DNA of 64,000 nt. It comes from Rhodospirillales bacterium (GTDB taxonomy: Bacteria; Pseudomonadota; Alphaproteobacteria; Rhodospirillales; UBA2165). The stretch's first letter is position 1. Each line of letters starts with the position of its first letter. Location of the stretch: assembly GCA_022823235.1 (NCBI GenBank), contig JAJDXO010000059.1:45393-109392 (forward strand). Direction: 5' to 3'. Below, in pieces: positions 28,500 to 38,865 of this stretch. Below the pieces are notes generated by a model, which was not told the DNA's origin, ran no database searches, and saw only the letters and a program-made list of their open reading frames with translations. The translations under genes were made by a program, and so were the position numbers.

Positions 28500-30604
28500 G
28501 GTTCATCTAGCTATTCGGAGTAAATTTGACCAAGTCCTCGAAGCGGGACCAACTGCCAAATACGCGTTCATAGTATTTGGAACTCAATAGGCATAGCCTG
28601 TTTACGTCCTTGCGTGTGGGGACCCTACCTAAGTGACGCTCCAATTTCCGATACTCGTAGATCAGGATTTTGCCGATGTTATGTCTCGTCGCATTCTGCG
28701 GATCTAAGATCTGACTAGAGAATATGTCTAACACCTTGGAGTCGATGTGTACTTTACACCCCGAGGGTAAGTTCAAGAGCTCTTTGGCATTCCCCAACGA
28801 AGCAATGGGAGTTGATTGTGGATCATCTAGTTGTGGTGTTATTCCATGATAATCCAGAATTCGGTAGGCGTTCTTAAAGTTCCCGATAAAATCGATTACC
28901 GTGCAATGGGTCTTGCCGACATGACGCCTCAACCCACGACCCAACTGTTGCATAAAAATCCTCTTTGAATTTGTAGGTCGGAGAAAAAGCAACGCCTCCA
29001 CGAAAGGGAAATCCGTACCTTCATTTAACACATCGACGGCGCAAAGGATGCGTATATCTCCTGTGCGAATTGCGTCTTCAAGTTTGCGACGATCCGCGTA
29101 AGATGTATCTGCTAGGTATGTTGACGCTGGAATCCCATGCTCGTTAAGGTTCGCGGCAAATCGTCTTGCGTGTGTTCGAGAACAGCAAAACGCCAAGGTG
29201 GGCCGGTTTTCGGCGTACTCTCTCCATTTATTGGCAATAGCCGCATCCCTCTCTGGCACTATTAGAGTTTTCTCCAGATCACGTACGGAGTAATTGCCCT
29301 CATGATCATTGAGCGCTGAGTAATCGATATCATCAAAACACCCGTAATAGTGATACGGTGCTAATATTCCGCAATCTACGGCGTAGCGAAGCTCGAAATG
29401 CACGAGTATTCGTCCGTCGCAGAGCTCAGAAATGTCTTGTCGATCCTCACGGAAAGGCGTGGCCGTCATTCCCAACAAGAATTCAGGCGAAAGGCCATTA
29501 ATTGCAGCGCGATATGATTTAGCTGCGGCATGATGAAATTCGTCCACCACGACGTAATCAAATTTTTTGTCTAAGAGCTTTGCTAGCTGGTTCCGAAGCA
29601 GTTGAATAGTAATCAAACTTACTTGCGCCGGTTGAACCAATTCCCGTCCGTCTTGGACCCGCCTAACGTTTTCGCTACCGAATTCAGATGCGAATTCCCT
29701 CTCTGCAACATCCAAAATTTCGTGGGTGTGGGCAACATAGAGAACATGATTGGCCTTTGCGCGCTTCGCATCCTTGGCGGCCACGCGCGTCTTGCCACTT
29801 CCGGTTGGCAACACTACCAAACCGGCCGACTGGCGAAATCGATGCGCGTTTTGTAACTCTTTGAGCGATTCTCGCTGTAGGATGTTGAGTGATTTGTGCT
29901 TGGCGACGAAGCCGCAATCGCACCGTCCTGCAACAAGCTTCGACCCATCTCGAGGACAGACAAATCCATAGGCTATAAGAAGGCGCCCTAGATCAGTCGC
30001 ATCCAAAATACTGTATGCAACTCCTAATCTTTCTGCTGTCGAGACAAACTGCTCCTTCACTGCATCAAGCACATTTCCTACGGTTGCGAACACCGCATAA
30101 TCTAAGCCATCAATCTTCTCCAAACGATAAATCTGGTGCGAAACGTCAGCCGGTCGGACTGTTTTGAAGCTCTTTCCTTTGAGCACAAACGCTGCGAATG
30201 CCGGTCGGCGATTTATGGTGACCTTATGTGTCAGGATATCGACGATTTCCGCCGGGCCGTGTGGAGTTTGATTTGAATCGGCAAGAATCGTTTGGATATA
30301 TGGCTCTAATTCCTCGCGTTCGTCGAGGGCGGCAACCGTGTCTAGAACAGCATCGGAAATATCGCGGCCGGATATTTCACCCGCCGCCTCAAACTCTTTA
30401 ACGTCAACGAATTCAATTAGCCCAGCCAATATTTCAATCTCGCTATCTTGTCACAATTTAAAATAGAGTTTCCGAATTTCCAAATCGCTGATACTGCCTC
30501 GAATAGGTAACCGGAAGTAAGTGCATTGGATCGACGCCAGCTCTTCCGGAGGCCGAGATGAAAAATAAGGGTCGACATTCTGCTGGCCAACGCAATGATA
30601 ACTT
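28500..30604. other. AT-richer single-gene islet (likely horizontally acquired; no mobility gene seen)
   Basis: Base composition drops abruptly 1 nt after the hcrB-like stop and recovers just before the RidA gene. By eye the islet is in the mid-40s % GC and the flanks are in the mid-60s (not computed). Confidence 0.55.
28507..30429 (-). CDS. Multidomain SF2 (DEAH-type, ResIII-like) helicase with restriction-endonuclease-like N-terminal domain, Cys knuckle and C-terminal homing-endonuclease-associated (HNH_repeat-like) module
   Basis: 640 aa. Helicase motifs are I LPTGSGKT, II VVVDEFHH, III MTATP and VI QQLGRGLRR. The N-terminal 55-160 follows an Mrr-like pattern (EIVDILT...AAFVLKGKS...VFATVG...ILDATDLGRLLIAYG). 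The Cys knuckle is CPRDGSKLVAGRCDCG. The C-terminus LGRVPTRKDV...YYERVFGSWSRFEDLV matches the GRxPT...FGSW repeat. TTG start in the track. Confidence 0.8.
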   Translation of the reverse strand: MAGLIEFVDVKEFEAAGEISGRDISDAVLDTVAALDEREELEPYIQTILADSNQTPHGPAEIVDILTHKVTINRRPAFAAFVLKGKSFKTVRPADVSHQIYRLEKIDGLDYAVFATVGNVLDAVKEQFVSTAERLGVAYSILDATDLGRLLIAYGFVCPRDGSKLVAGRCDCGFVAKHKSLNILQRESLKELQNAHRFRQSAGLVVLPTGSGKTRVAAKDAKRAKANHVLYVAHTHEILDVAEREFASEFGSENVRRVQDGRELVQPAQVSLITIQLLRNQLAKLLDKKFDYVVVDEFHHAAAKSYRAAINGLSPEFLLGMTATPFREDRQDISELCDGRILVHFELRYAVDCGILAPYHYYGCFDDIDYSALNDHEGNYSVRDLEKTLIVPERDAAIANKWREYAENRPTLAFCCSRTHARRFAANLNEHGIPASTYLADTSYADRRKLEDAIRTGDIRILCAVDVLNEGTDFPFVEALLFLRPTNSKRIFMQQLGRGLRRHVGKTHCTVIDFIGNFKNAYRILDYHGITPQLDDPQSTPIASLGNAKELLNLPSGCKVHIDSKVLDIFSSQILDPQNATRHNIGKILIYEYRKLERHLGRVPTRKDVNRLCLLSSKYYERVFGSWSRFEDLVKFTPNS

Positions 30605-31045
30605 TTGGCCGATGCAGCAGAGTGCCTGATGAGCGATTTCGAACAATTGTTGCCCGACGGCTGGAAGCAGCCGGTCGGCTACGCCAACGGCATCACCGGA
30701 CCGGTGAACGGCCGGCCGGTGTTCATCGCCGGTATGGTCGGCTGGACGGCGGAGGAGAAGTTCGAAACCCGCGACATGGCCGAACAGTTCGGCCGGACGG
30801 TCAGGAATATCTTGGCGGTGCTGGCGGAAGCCGGGGGCAAGCCCGAGCATATCTGCCGGATGACCGCCTACTGCACGGACAAGCCCGCCTACCTGGCCGC
30901 GCGCAAGGCGCTGGGTCCCATTTGGCGGGACCTCATGGGCGATCACTACCCGGCGATGGCACTGGTATTCGTCGACGCCCTGTTGGAAGATGAGGCTCTG
31001 ATCGAGATTGAAGCGACGGCGGTGATCCCCGCCGGAGGAGAGTAG
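30605..31045 (+). CDS. RidA/YjgF/L-PSP family protein
   Basis: 146 aa with [19 protein letters not shown] and the C-terminal LIEIEATAV pattern. The start may be ATG 30629. Confidence 0.75.
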   Translation: MADAAECLMSDFEQLLPDGWKQPVGYANGITGPVNGRPVFIAGMVGWTAEEKFETRDMAEQFGRTVRNILAVLAEAGGKPEHICRMTAYCTDKPAYLAARKALGPIWRDLMGDHYPAMALVFVDALLEDEALIEIEATAVIPAGGE

Positions 31046-31047
31046 CC

Positions 31048-32244
<1,197 letters not shown>

Positions 32245-32455
32245 CCTGAACCCGCTCGGGCCTTGGTCAAAACCCTCGCCGTCGTCACCTGCCCTGCCTG
32301 CGGCCATAGGGAACTTCCGCAGCGCGCGGAGGATTCTGGACATCGATCCGGATCGCGGCTAGCCTTCCTGCGGTAGGAGTCCTGACGGGCGCGGTCGACC
32401 GGAATAGCGCGCCGAGGTGTCGTTTGACTGTAACAGGGAAACGATGGGGGATGGG

Positions 32456-33832
32456 ATGGACCGGTTAAACGCAATCATCAGCGAGATTAACGCGTTCGCA
32501 TGGGGCCCGCCCATGCTCGGCATTCTGGGGGTGACGGGCGTGCTGCTCACCCTCGGCCTCATGTTCATGCCGTGGCGCAAGGTGGGGTACGGGTTCCGTC
32601 TGCTGTTCGACAAGGACGGCGCGACGGGCGAGGGCGAGGTCAAGCCCTTCAACGCGCTGATGACGGCGCTGTCCGCCACGGTGGGCACCGGAAACATCGC
32701 CGGCGTCGCTACCGCGATCGCGCTTGGCGGCCCGGGCGCCATCTTCTACATGTGGCTGATCGCGCTGTTCGGCATGGCCACGAAATACGCCGAGGCGGTG
32801 TGCGCGGTCACCTATCGCGAGGTCGACGCGAACGGCAAGTATGTCGGCGGGCCGATGTACTATCTGCGCAACGGCGTCGGCGAGTTCGCGCCCGAACTCG
32901 GCAAGTGGCTGGGGCTGGCGTTCGCGATTTTCGGCGCCGTGGCGGCCTTCGGCATCGGCAACGCAGTCCAGGTCAACTCGATGGCCGCTGCGCTCGACAA
33001 CAGCTTCGGCATTCCGGAATGGTCCACCGGGGTGGTCGTCGCGGCGCTGGTCGGCGTCGTCGTGATCGGCGGCATCCGGCGCATCGGCGATGTGGCCGGA
33101 AAGCTGGTGCCGGCGATGATCGTGCTCTATCTCGGCGCAGCGCTGGTGATCCTCGCGATCAACGTGACGGCGATCCCTGGCGCGATCGGGCTGATCTTCA
33201 CCCACGCCTTCACGCCGGCAGCGGCGACCGGCGGCTTTGCCGGGGCGGCGGTGGCGGCGGCGATCCGCTTCGGCATCGCGCGCGGCGTGTTCTCAAACGA
33301 ATCGGGGCTTGGCTCGGCCGCCATCGCGCATGCCGCGGCGCAGACCAACAGCCCGGTACGGCAGGGCATCATCGCCATGCTGGGCACCTTCATAGACACC
33401 ATCGTGGTGTGCACGATGACCGCACTGGTGATCCTGACCTCGGGCGCCTGGGTCATGACCGGCTCGGACGGCGGCGGGCTGACCGGGGCGGTGCTGACCT
33501 CGACCGGCTTCGAGACCTCGATGGCGGGCGGGCAGTACATCGTCACCGTCGCGCTGGCGGTGTTCGCCTTCACCACCATCCTCGGCTGGTCCTATTACGG
33601 CGAGCGGTGTTGGCAGTACCTGTTCAAGGAACGGAGCCTGGTGATCTATCGCGCGCTGTGGGTGCTGGCGGCTCTCGCTTTCGCGAACGTGAAGGTGGAC
33701 TTGGTGTGGAACCTCGCCGACACGCTCAACGGGCTGATGGCGGTGCCCAACCTGATCGGCCTGCTGTTGCTCGCGCCGATGGTGTTCAAGGTCACGCGCG
33801 AGTATTTCGAGGATTTGGGCAAACCGCTCTGA
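32456..33832 (+). CDS. Alanine/glycine:cation symporter (AGCS family)
   Basis: Polytopic protein with FNALMTALSATVGTGNIAGVATAI and ARGVFSNESGLGSAAIAHAAA. The start is uncertain (32417, 32444 or 32456). Confidence 0.85.
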   Translation: MDRLNAIISEINAFAWGPPMLGILGVTGVLLTLGLMFMPWRKVGYGFRLLFDKDGATGEGEVKPFNALMTALSATVGTGNIAGVATAIALGGPGAIFYMWLIALFGMATKYAEAVCAVTYREVDANGKYVGGPMYYLRNGVGEFAPELGKWLGLAFAIFGAVAAFGIGNAVQVNSMAAALDNSFGIPEWSTGVVVAALVGVVVIGGIRRIGDVAGKLVPAMIVLYLGAALVILAINVTAIPGAIGLIFTHAFTPAAATGGFAGAAVAAAIRFGIARGVFSNESGLGSAAIAHAAAQTNSPVRQGIIAMLGTFIDTIVVCTMTALVILTSGAWVMTGSDGGGLTGAVLTSTGFETSMAGGQYIVTVALAVFAFTTILGWSYYGERCWQYLFKERSLVIYRALWVLAALAFANVKVDLVWNLADTLNGLMAVPNLIGLLLLAPMVFKVTREYFEDLGKPL

Positions 33833-34113
33833 TGACGGCGCGGCACTGCGGTCGCAGGTCTTCTGGAACTCCTCCACCGCCTTAATGCCGTCGGCCTGTG
33901 AGGGTTCACCACCCTCCTTCGGCCTTCCAGCGTCAGCGGGTGGCAGGCGTCCATCCCATTTTTCCGGTCCTGGACCTGCCGGTCGTGCAGCGAAACCACT
34001 TATGTGGACGACGGCGAATGCTGCATCTTTTGCGTTCACGGGAACCACCGGATTTATTCCGTTCGCCGACCTCCTTGGGCGGGACCTCATTGCCCGCCGT
34101 ATCCGATCGGCCG

Positions 34114-34159
34114 AGAGCAGTATCCGGCCAAATGGTTCAATCTGGCCGGATACTGCTCT
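34114..34159. repeat. Perfect 17-bp inverted repeat AGAGCAGTATCCGGCCA-N12-TGGCCGGATACTGCTCT
   Basis: Read directly from the sequence. It lies 40 nt upstream of the DMT transporter start and about 280 nt downstream of the AGCS stop. No U-tract follows on either strand. Confidence 0.6.
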
Positions 34160-34198
34160 AGGCTGCCCGTCCAACCGAACCTCAGTTCAGAGAGACCG

Positions 34199-35098
34199 AT
34201 GAACCAACCCGCATCCGGGGGCCACCTCCACCAGCAATCACCCCTGCGCGGCGTCCTCTGGATGGCGGCGGCGGCCGTGTTTTTCTCGGTCTCGTTCGGC
34301 GTGGTCCGGCACCTGTCCGACAACAGCGATATCCACGCCTTCCAGCAGGCTTTCTTTCGCCAGGTCTTCGGGACGCTGGTCTTTTTGCCGATCATATTTC
34401 GCCACGGACTGTCGAGCATTCGCACCCACCAGCCGATTGCCAATCTGACCCGTGTGGTCACCAACGCGATCGCGCTCGTCCTGGCATTCTGGGGAGTTAC
34501 GCTGATTCCGCTTGCTCAGGCGCTGACCCTGCAATCGACCGTACCGTTTTTCGCCATCATATTTGCGATGCTGGTGGTGAATGAGCGGCCGGGGCCTCAT
34601 CGCTGGGCCGCGGTGTTGATCGGGTTTGCGGGTGCGTTGGTCATCCTGCGGCCGGGCGTCATCGAGATCAGCCTGGGAATGACCGTGGCTGTGGCCTCCG
34701 CCGCCTTTTACGGATTTAGCGACGCCTTCCTGCGCAAGGTCGCGCGCACCGACGGCACCATCTCCATCATCTTCTTCGGCTTTGCCGTTCAGGTGCCGCT
34801 CTTGCTGCCGCTGGCGATCATGCATTGGACCACACCGGCCTTGTCCGACTGGCCATGGATTTTGGCGATGGTGGTCTTATCCTTCGGGGCGCAGTTCTCC
34901 CTCTCCAAGGCCTATATCAACGCCGAGGCAAGCATCGTCTCGCCGGTGCTTTTCATTCGGATACCCATGGTCGCGGTGATCGGATTCATCTTCTTCGACC
35001 AGATCCCGGATATGTGGGTGTGGATCGGCGCCGCGGTTATCTTCGTCAGCACGGTCTATGCCGCCCGGCGGGAAGCTCTCGTCCACCGCCGGGTTTAG
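34199..35098 (+). CDS. DMT-superfamily (EamA-like) transporter
   Basis: 299 aa from ATG 34199 with about 10 TM segments and two EamA-like halves. The 364-aa track version adds an implausible Cys-rich head. Confidence 0.8.
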   Translation: MNQPASGGHLHQQSPLRGVLWMAAAAVFFSVSFGVVRHLSDNSDIHAFQQAFFRQVFGTLVFLPIIFRHGLSSIRTHQPIANLTRVVTNAIALVLAFWGVTLIPLAQALTLQSTVPFFAIIFAMLVVNERPGPHRWAAVLIGFAGALVILRPGVIEISLGMTVAVASAAFYGFSDAFLRKVARTDGTISIIFFGFAVQVPLLLPLAIMHWTTPALSDWPWILAMVVLSFGAQFSLSKAYINAEASIVSPVLFIRIPMVAVIGFIFFDQIPDMWVWIGAAVIFVSTVYAARREALVHRRV

Positions 35099-35100
35099 CT

Positions 35101-35601
35101 CTAGGCGTTCGCCGGTACGCCTTCCGAGAGGGGCAGCCGGTTCCAGGTGCATTTCACTTCGATGCCGCCGTCGCCCAGCAGCGTGCCGACCGGGCAGCGA
35201 TCCTCGGCCAGGACCGCCAGCCGCTCCAGTTTTTCATCCGGCTCCTCGGTTTCGATGTCGATGATCATTTCCGCTTCGGTGAAGCGCAGAAGCAGGTTTT
35301 TCTCCTCATCGCGGATCACCATGTTGGTGCCGATATCGGCGGTAATCCTTATGGCGCCGTGCTTGAAGCGCATGGCCTCGGCGACCTTCACCACCTGAAC
35401 CATCTGGCACGATGCCAATGAGGCGGTGAAGTGCTCGAGGGGGGCGGCCCCTTCATCCCGCCCGCCCCGGGACGGCGGTTCGTCGATGATCCAGGAGTGA
35501 CCGGTCGGGGTGGTGATCCTGCTTTGGACGCCGCCGTCGCTCTCGGCGACGGCCGTGCGGGTGGAAGCGGTAACCACTTCCTTCAATCGGGCTTGAGCCA
35601 T
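35101..35601 (-). CDS. OsmC/Ohr-family protein
   Basis: 166 aa with the two conserved Cys contexts LASCQM and EDRCPVG. Confidence 0.8.
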   Translation of the reverse strand: MAQARLKEVVTASTRTAVAESDGGVQSRITTPTGHSWIIDEPPSRGGRDEGAAPLEHFTASLASCQMVQVVKVAEAMRFKHGAIRITADIGTNMVIRDEEKNLLLRFTEAEMIIDIETEEPDEKLERLAVLAEDRCPVGTLLGDGGIEVKCTWNRLPLSEGVPANA

Positions 35602-35755
35602 TTCCCCTCCAGGAATTTCGTTTACACGTCGGCCGGCACTGTAGGCGGCTCCTGCGGATTATCAAGCCGCCCGGCGGACATCAGGGAGAGCCGCATTTCG
35701 GTGGAGACGCGGGGTCTCTATAAGCGAAGCCGACGAACCACGGGAGAACGAAAAG

Positions 35756-36367
35756 ATGCCGATGAGCGACGAGATGATCGAGCGCCTTACGATCCGCGAG
35801 CTGGTGGAAAACTGGGCCATATGGCGGGATTCGGGCGATTGGGAGCGGTTCCGCACGGTCTGGCACGATGACGGGCGGATGATGGCAACCTGGCTTCAGG
35901 CTGATCGCGATACGTTCATCGCCGGTTCCAGGAAGGTGTTCGAGAGCGACGTCAGCATCATCCACTTTCTGGGTGGCACCACATCGGATGTCGCCGGCAA
36001 CCGGGCCATTGCGCAGACCAAGATGACCATCAACCAGCGGGCCGAAGTCGAGGGTGTGTGGTGCGACGTGGTCTGTCTCGGCCGGTTTTACGATTTCCTG
36101 GAAAAGCGGGACGGCAAGTGGGGGTTCGTGGTGCGCCAGCCGATCTACGAAAAGGACTGGATCGCGCCTCTCGACCCGGGCGCGACGCTCACGCTGGATC
36201 AATCCATTCTCGACAGCTATCCCGTCGGCTACCGGCATCTGGCCTATTTGCAGGCCGGCCTCGGCTACGACGTCAAGCGGGATATGCCCGGCCTGAAGGG
36301 GCCGGAAATCGAAGCGCTTTACGCGCACGGCAAGGCCTGGCTGGAAGGCAAGCCGCTGGAAATGTGA
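35756..36367 (+). CDS. SnoaL-like / NTF2-fold protein
   Basis: 203 aa with IRELVENWAIWRDSGDWERFRTVWHDDGRMMATW, typical of NTF2-like SnoaL_4 proteins. Confidence 0.6.
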   Translation: MPMSDEMIERLTIRELVENWAIWRDSGDWERFRTVWHDDGRMMATWLQADRDTFIAGSRKVFESDVSIIHFLGGTTSDVAGNRAIAQTKMTINQRAEVEGVWCDVVCLGRFYDFLEKRDGKWGFVVRQPIYEKDWIAPLDPGATLTLDQSILDSYPVGYRHLAYLQAGLGYDVKRDMPGLKGPEIEALYAHGKAWLEGKPLEM

Positions 36368-36462
36368 TTAGCGTTTCGAAAACGCGAGCCACACGCCGCC
36401 GCCGGCGATGCAGGCAAGGATGTAGGTGACGTAGGCGGCGAAGTCGATACCGAGCATGGAAC

Positions 36463-37308
36463 CTAGGCCAGCGCGCCCGACTGGAAATCCCGCACTGCCT
36501 GCTCCAGTTCCTGGCGGGTATTCATGACGAACGGTCCGTAACGAGCCACCGGCTCATTGATCGGCCTGCCCTCGCAATAGAGGATTTGCGCGCCGTCGGG
36601 TCCCGCCGTGACGCCGGCCTCTCCTTCGCCGTGAAACACCGCGACCGAGGGTGCCGGCGCCGGGTGATCGCGTCCCAAATTGTCGGCGGCGGTGATGGAT
36701 CCCTCATGAACGCACATGAAGAGACCATTGCCGGTATCGGTCATGGCCGCCCAGTCGGCGTTCGGCTCCAGGGTTACATCCAGCAAACGGATCGGCGTAT
36801 GCGCCCGGGCCGGACCGGTGATGCCGTCATACTCTCCGGCAAACACCCGGACCACGCCCCCTTCGACATCAACCGACGGCACGTCGCTCGCCGGAATGTC
36901 CTGATAGCGGGGCTCGGTCATCTTGAGCGCCGCCGGCAGATTGACCCAGAGCTGGAAGCCGCGCAGCCGGCCCTCGACCATCTCCGGCATCTCCGAGTGG
37001 ATGATGCCCTTACCGGCGGTCATCCACTGGATGTCGCCCGGGCCCAGCACGCCCTCGTTGCCCACCGAGTCCTTATGCCGCACCAGCCCCTCGAACATGA
37101 TGGTCACGGTCTCGAACCCCCGGTGGGGATGGTCCGGAAACCCCGCCATATAGGTGTCCGGGTCGTCATTGTTCATCCTGTCGAGCATGAGAAACGGGTC
37201 GACCATGTCGAGGGACGGGGTGCCGATCATTCGGGTCAGTTGGACGCCGGCGCCATCGGAGGTGGGCATGCCGGCGTGAACCTGGGTCAGCGTACGCTTT
37301 TCGGACAT
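36463..37308 (-). CDS. Pirin-family protein (bicupin)
   Basis: FPDHPHRGFETVTIMFEG, IQWMTAGKGIIHSE and the C-terminal GPFVMNT...A..DF motif. ATG 37308 has an AGGA Shine-Dalgarno sequence. Confidence 0.85.
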   Translation of the reverse strand: MSEKRTLTQVHAGMPTSDGAGVQLTRMIGTPSLDMVDPFLMLDRMNNDDPDTYMAGFPDHPHRGFETVTIMFEGLVRHKDSVGNEGVLGPGDIQWMTAGKGIIHSEMPEMVEGRLRGFQLWVNLPAALKMTEPRYQDIPASDVPSVDVEGGVVRVFAGEYDGITGPARAHTPIRLLDVTLEPNADWAAMTDTGNGLFMCVHEGSITAADNLGRDHPAPAPSVAVFHGEGEAGVTAGPDGAQILYCEGRPINEPVARYGPFVMNTRQELEQAVRDFQSGALA

Positions 37309-37431
37309 TTCCTGGATTCCCCATCCCCCTGACCAATCAAGGTGGCCGATCAAGCTGGCGAGAACGATATTGTGAGACTACTTACTCAGGAGGTAGTCTT
37401 TTCACCGCATCCACGCAAGAAGGAACGGAAG

Positions 37432-38250
37432 ATGCTCGACCAGCCGGAAACCATCACGGGGACTCTCACCTTCGCCGTCGATATCGGCGAAAAGCCGGTC
37501 ACCTACCCGGAAAAGGACGTCAACGACCCGACTCGCGCCACCGGCGAGTACGAAGACCGGGAGGTGGAGCTGCGCAACGGGCGCCTGATCCGCGATCAGC
37601 TCAGCCTCGACAAGGAGGGTTTCCTGCTGATCGACAGCAAGACGGCGACCACCGATTTCTACGACGAAGAGGCCGTCAAAGGCGCTTACTACGACGAATG
37701 CATGGCCATCGTGAAGGAACACACCGGCGCCGATGAGATCGTGGTCATCGACCACACCATCCGGGTTCAGGACGAGGCAAAGCGCAAGGCGATGGATGTC
37801 CGCGCGCCGGTGCCGTCGGTGCACAACGACTTCACCGACTGGTCCGGACGCAAACGGGTGCACGACATCTTTCCCGAGGAGGAGGCCGAAGACCGGCTGA
37901 CCCGCCGGGTGGTGAGCGTCAATGTCTGGCGGCCGATCATGGAGCCGGTAATGACCGATCCCCTGGTTCTCTGCGATGCGACGACCCTCGGCGAAGGCGA
38001 TCTCATCGCCGCCGATCATATCTACACCTATCGGCGGGGCGAAACCTTCCGGGTCGCCCATTCGGACGGCCAGAAATGGTACTTCTTCCCCGAGATGACC
38101 ATGAACGAAGCGGTGCTGATCAAGTGCTTCGACACCGAGACCGACCGTACCCGATTCAATGCCCACGGCGCCGCCCGCATCGCGGCCCCGGAAGGCGTCG
38201 CCCCCCGGGAAAGCATCGAGGTCCGCACCCTCGCCTTCTTCAACGACTAG
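37432..38250 (+). CDS. CmcJ/NvfI-family oxidoreductase-like protein
   Basis: Pattern SLDKEGFLL...DFYDEE...VIDHTIR...SVHNDFT...VNVWRPIMEPVMTDPLVLCDA...KWYFFPEMTMNEAVLIKCFD, as I recall it for the CmcJ family. AAGGAA Shine-Dalgarno sequence before ATG 37432. Confidence 0.6.
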   Translation: MLDQPETITGTLTFAVDIGEKPVTYPEKDVNDPTRATGEYEDREVELRNGRLIRDQLSLDKEGFLLIDSKTATTDFYDEEAVKGAYYDECMAIVKEHTGADEIVVIDHTIRVQDEAKRKAMDVRAPVPSVHNDFTDWSGRKRVHDIFPEEEAEDRLTRRVVSVNVWRPIMEPVMTDPLVLCDATTLGEGDLIAADHIYTYRRGETFRVAHSDGQKWYFFPEMTMNEAVLIKCFDTETDRTRFNAHGAARIAAPEGVAPRESIEVRTLAFFND

Positions 38251-38261
38251 GAGGACCGCCG

Positions 38262-38804
38262 ATGGCAAAGGCTGTTTGGAACGGCGAGGTGATCGCCGAA
38301 AGCGACGACATCGTCATGGTCGAGGCCAATCCCTATTTCCCGATCGGCTCGGTGAAGGACGGCGTGCTGACCAAGAGCGACAGCCCCCGCACCTTTTGTC
38401 ATTGGAAGGGCTTCGCCGATTACTATGACGTAACGGTGGGCGAAGCGGCCAACGAAGGCGCGGCCTGGTACTACGATGAGCCCTACGAGCAGGCGGCCGA
38501 GATCAAGGACCGGGTGGCGTTCTGGAACGGCGTCGAGATCGAAGGGGCGCCGGAGGACAAGGGCAAGTTCGAACCGGAACCCAGCCGGCTCGGCGACCTC
38601 ACCGGCTGGCCGGCCCTTTGCTGGCTGTTGCGGCACCCCGCGAAAGCCGAGTTCACGGCGTCCGAGGTGGAGGAAATCACCAAGATCCCGGCGGCGGACC
38701 TGCCGGCGGCGTTCCAGGTCTTCGATGTTCAGCGCTACGCCACCCGCTACGGGTGGTCGCTGGAGGGCGAAGGCGCCGGCCTACTGCTTAAAAAAGCGGT
38801 CTAG
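38262..38804 (+). CDS. DUF427 domain protein with about 80-aa C-terminal extension
   Basis: AVWNGEVIAESDD...CHWKGFADYYDV...AWYYDEPYEQAAEIKDRVAFW is the DUF427 core. TAGGAGGA Shine-Dalgarno sequence before ATG 38262. Confidence 0.7.
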   Translation: MAKAVWNGEVIAESDDIVMVEANPYFPIGSVKDGVLTKSDSPRTFCHWKGFADYYDVTVGEAANEGAAWYYDEPYEQAAEIKDRVAFWNGVEIEGAPEDKGKFEPEPSRLGDLTGWPALCWLLRHPAKAEFTASEVEEITKIPAADLPAAFQVFDVQRYATRYGWSLEGEGAGLLLKKAV

Positions 38805-38865
38805 GCTCAAGACTCGATTGAGACACCGTAAGAGTGGTGCGGTGGCTGAGGCATAAAATGACTGC

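Noticed and set aside
28500-30604. Direct or inverted terminal repeats (att-like sites) flanking the AT-rich helicase islet.
   Set aside because: The only shared element is a 7-nt inverted match (CTATTCG near 28512 and 30513), which is compatible with chance. No integrase, tRNA or IS end was seen, so the insertion mechanism is left open.
32245-32455. Glycine riboswitch upstream of the alanine/glycine:cation symporter.
   Set aside because: Only loose resemblances are present (GGAATAG...CGCCGAGGTGTCG...CAGGGAAACGA). The conserved CCGAAGGrGCAA and CUCAGGCAAAAGGAC cores are absent. An Infernal scan would be decisive, but by eye it does not qualify.
34004-34198. Cys/His-rich N-terminal extension (MDDGECCIFCVHGNH...HCPP) of the DMT transporter ORF as a possible metal-binding domain.
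   Set aside because: The extension runs through the perfect 17-bp inverted repeat and has no Shine-Dalgarno sequence. The DMT family normally starts near the first TM helix. ATG 34199 gives a standard-length protein.
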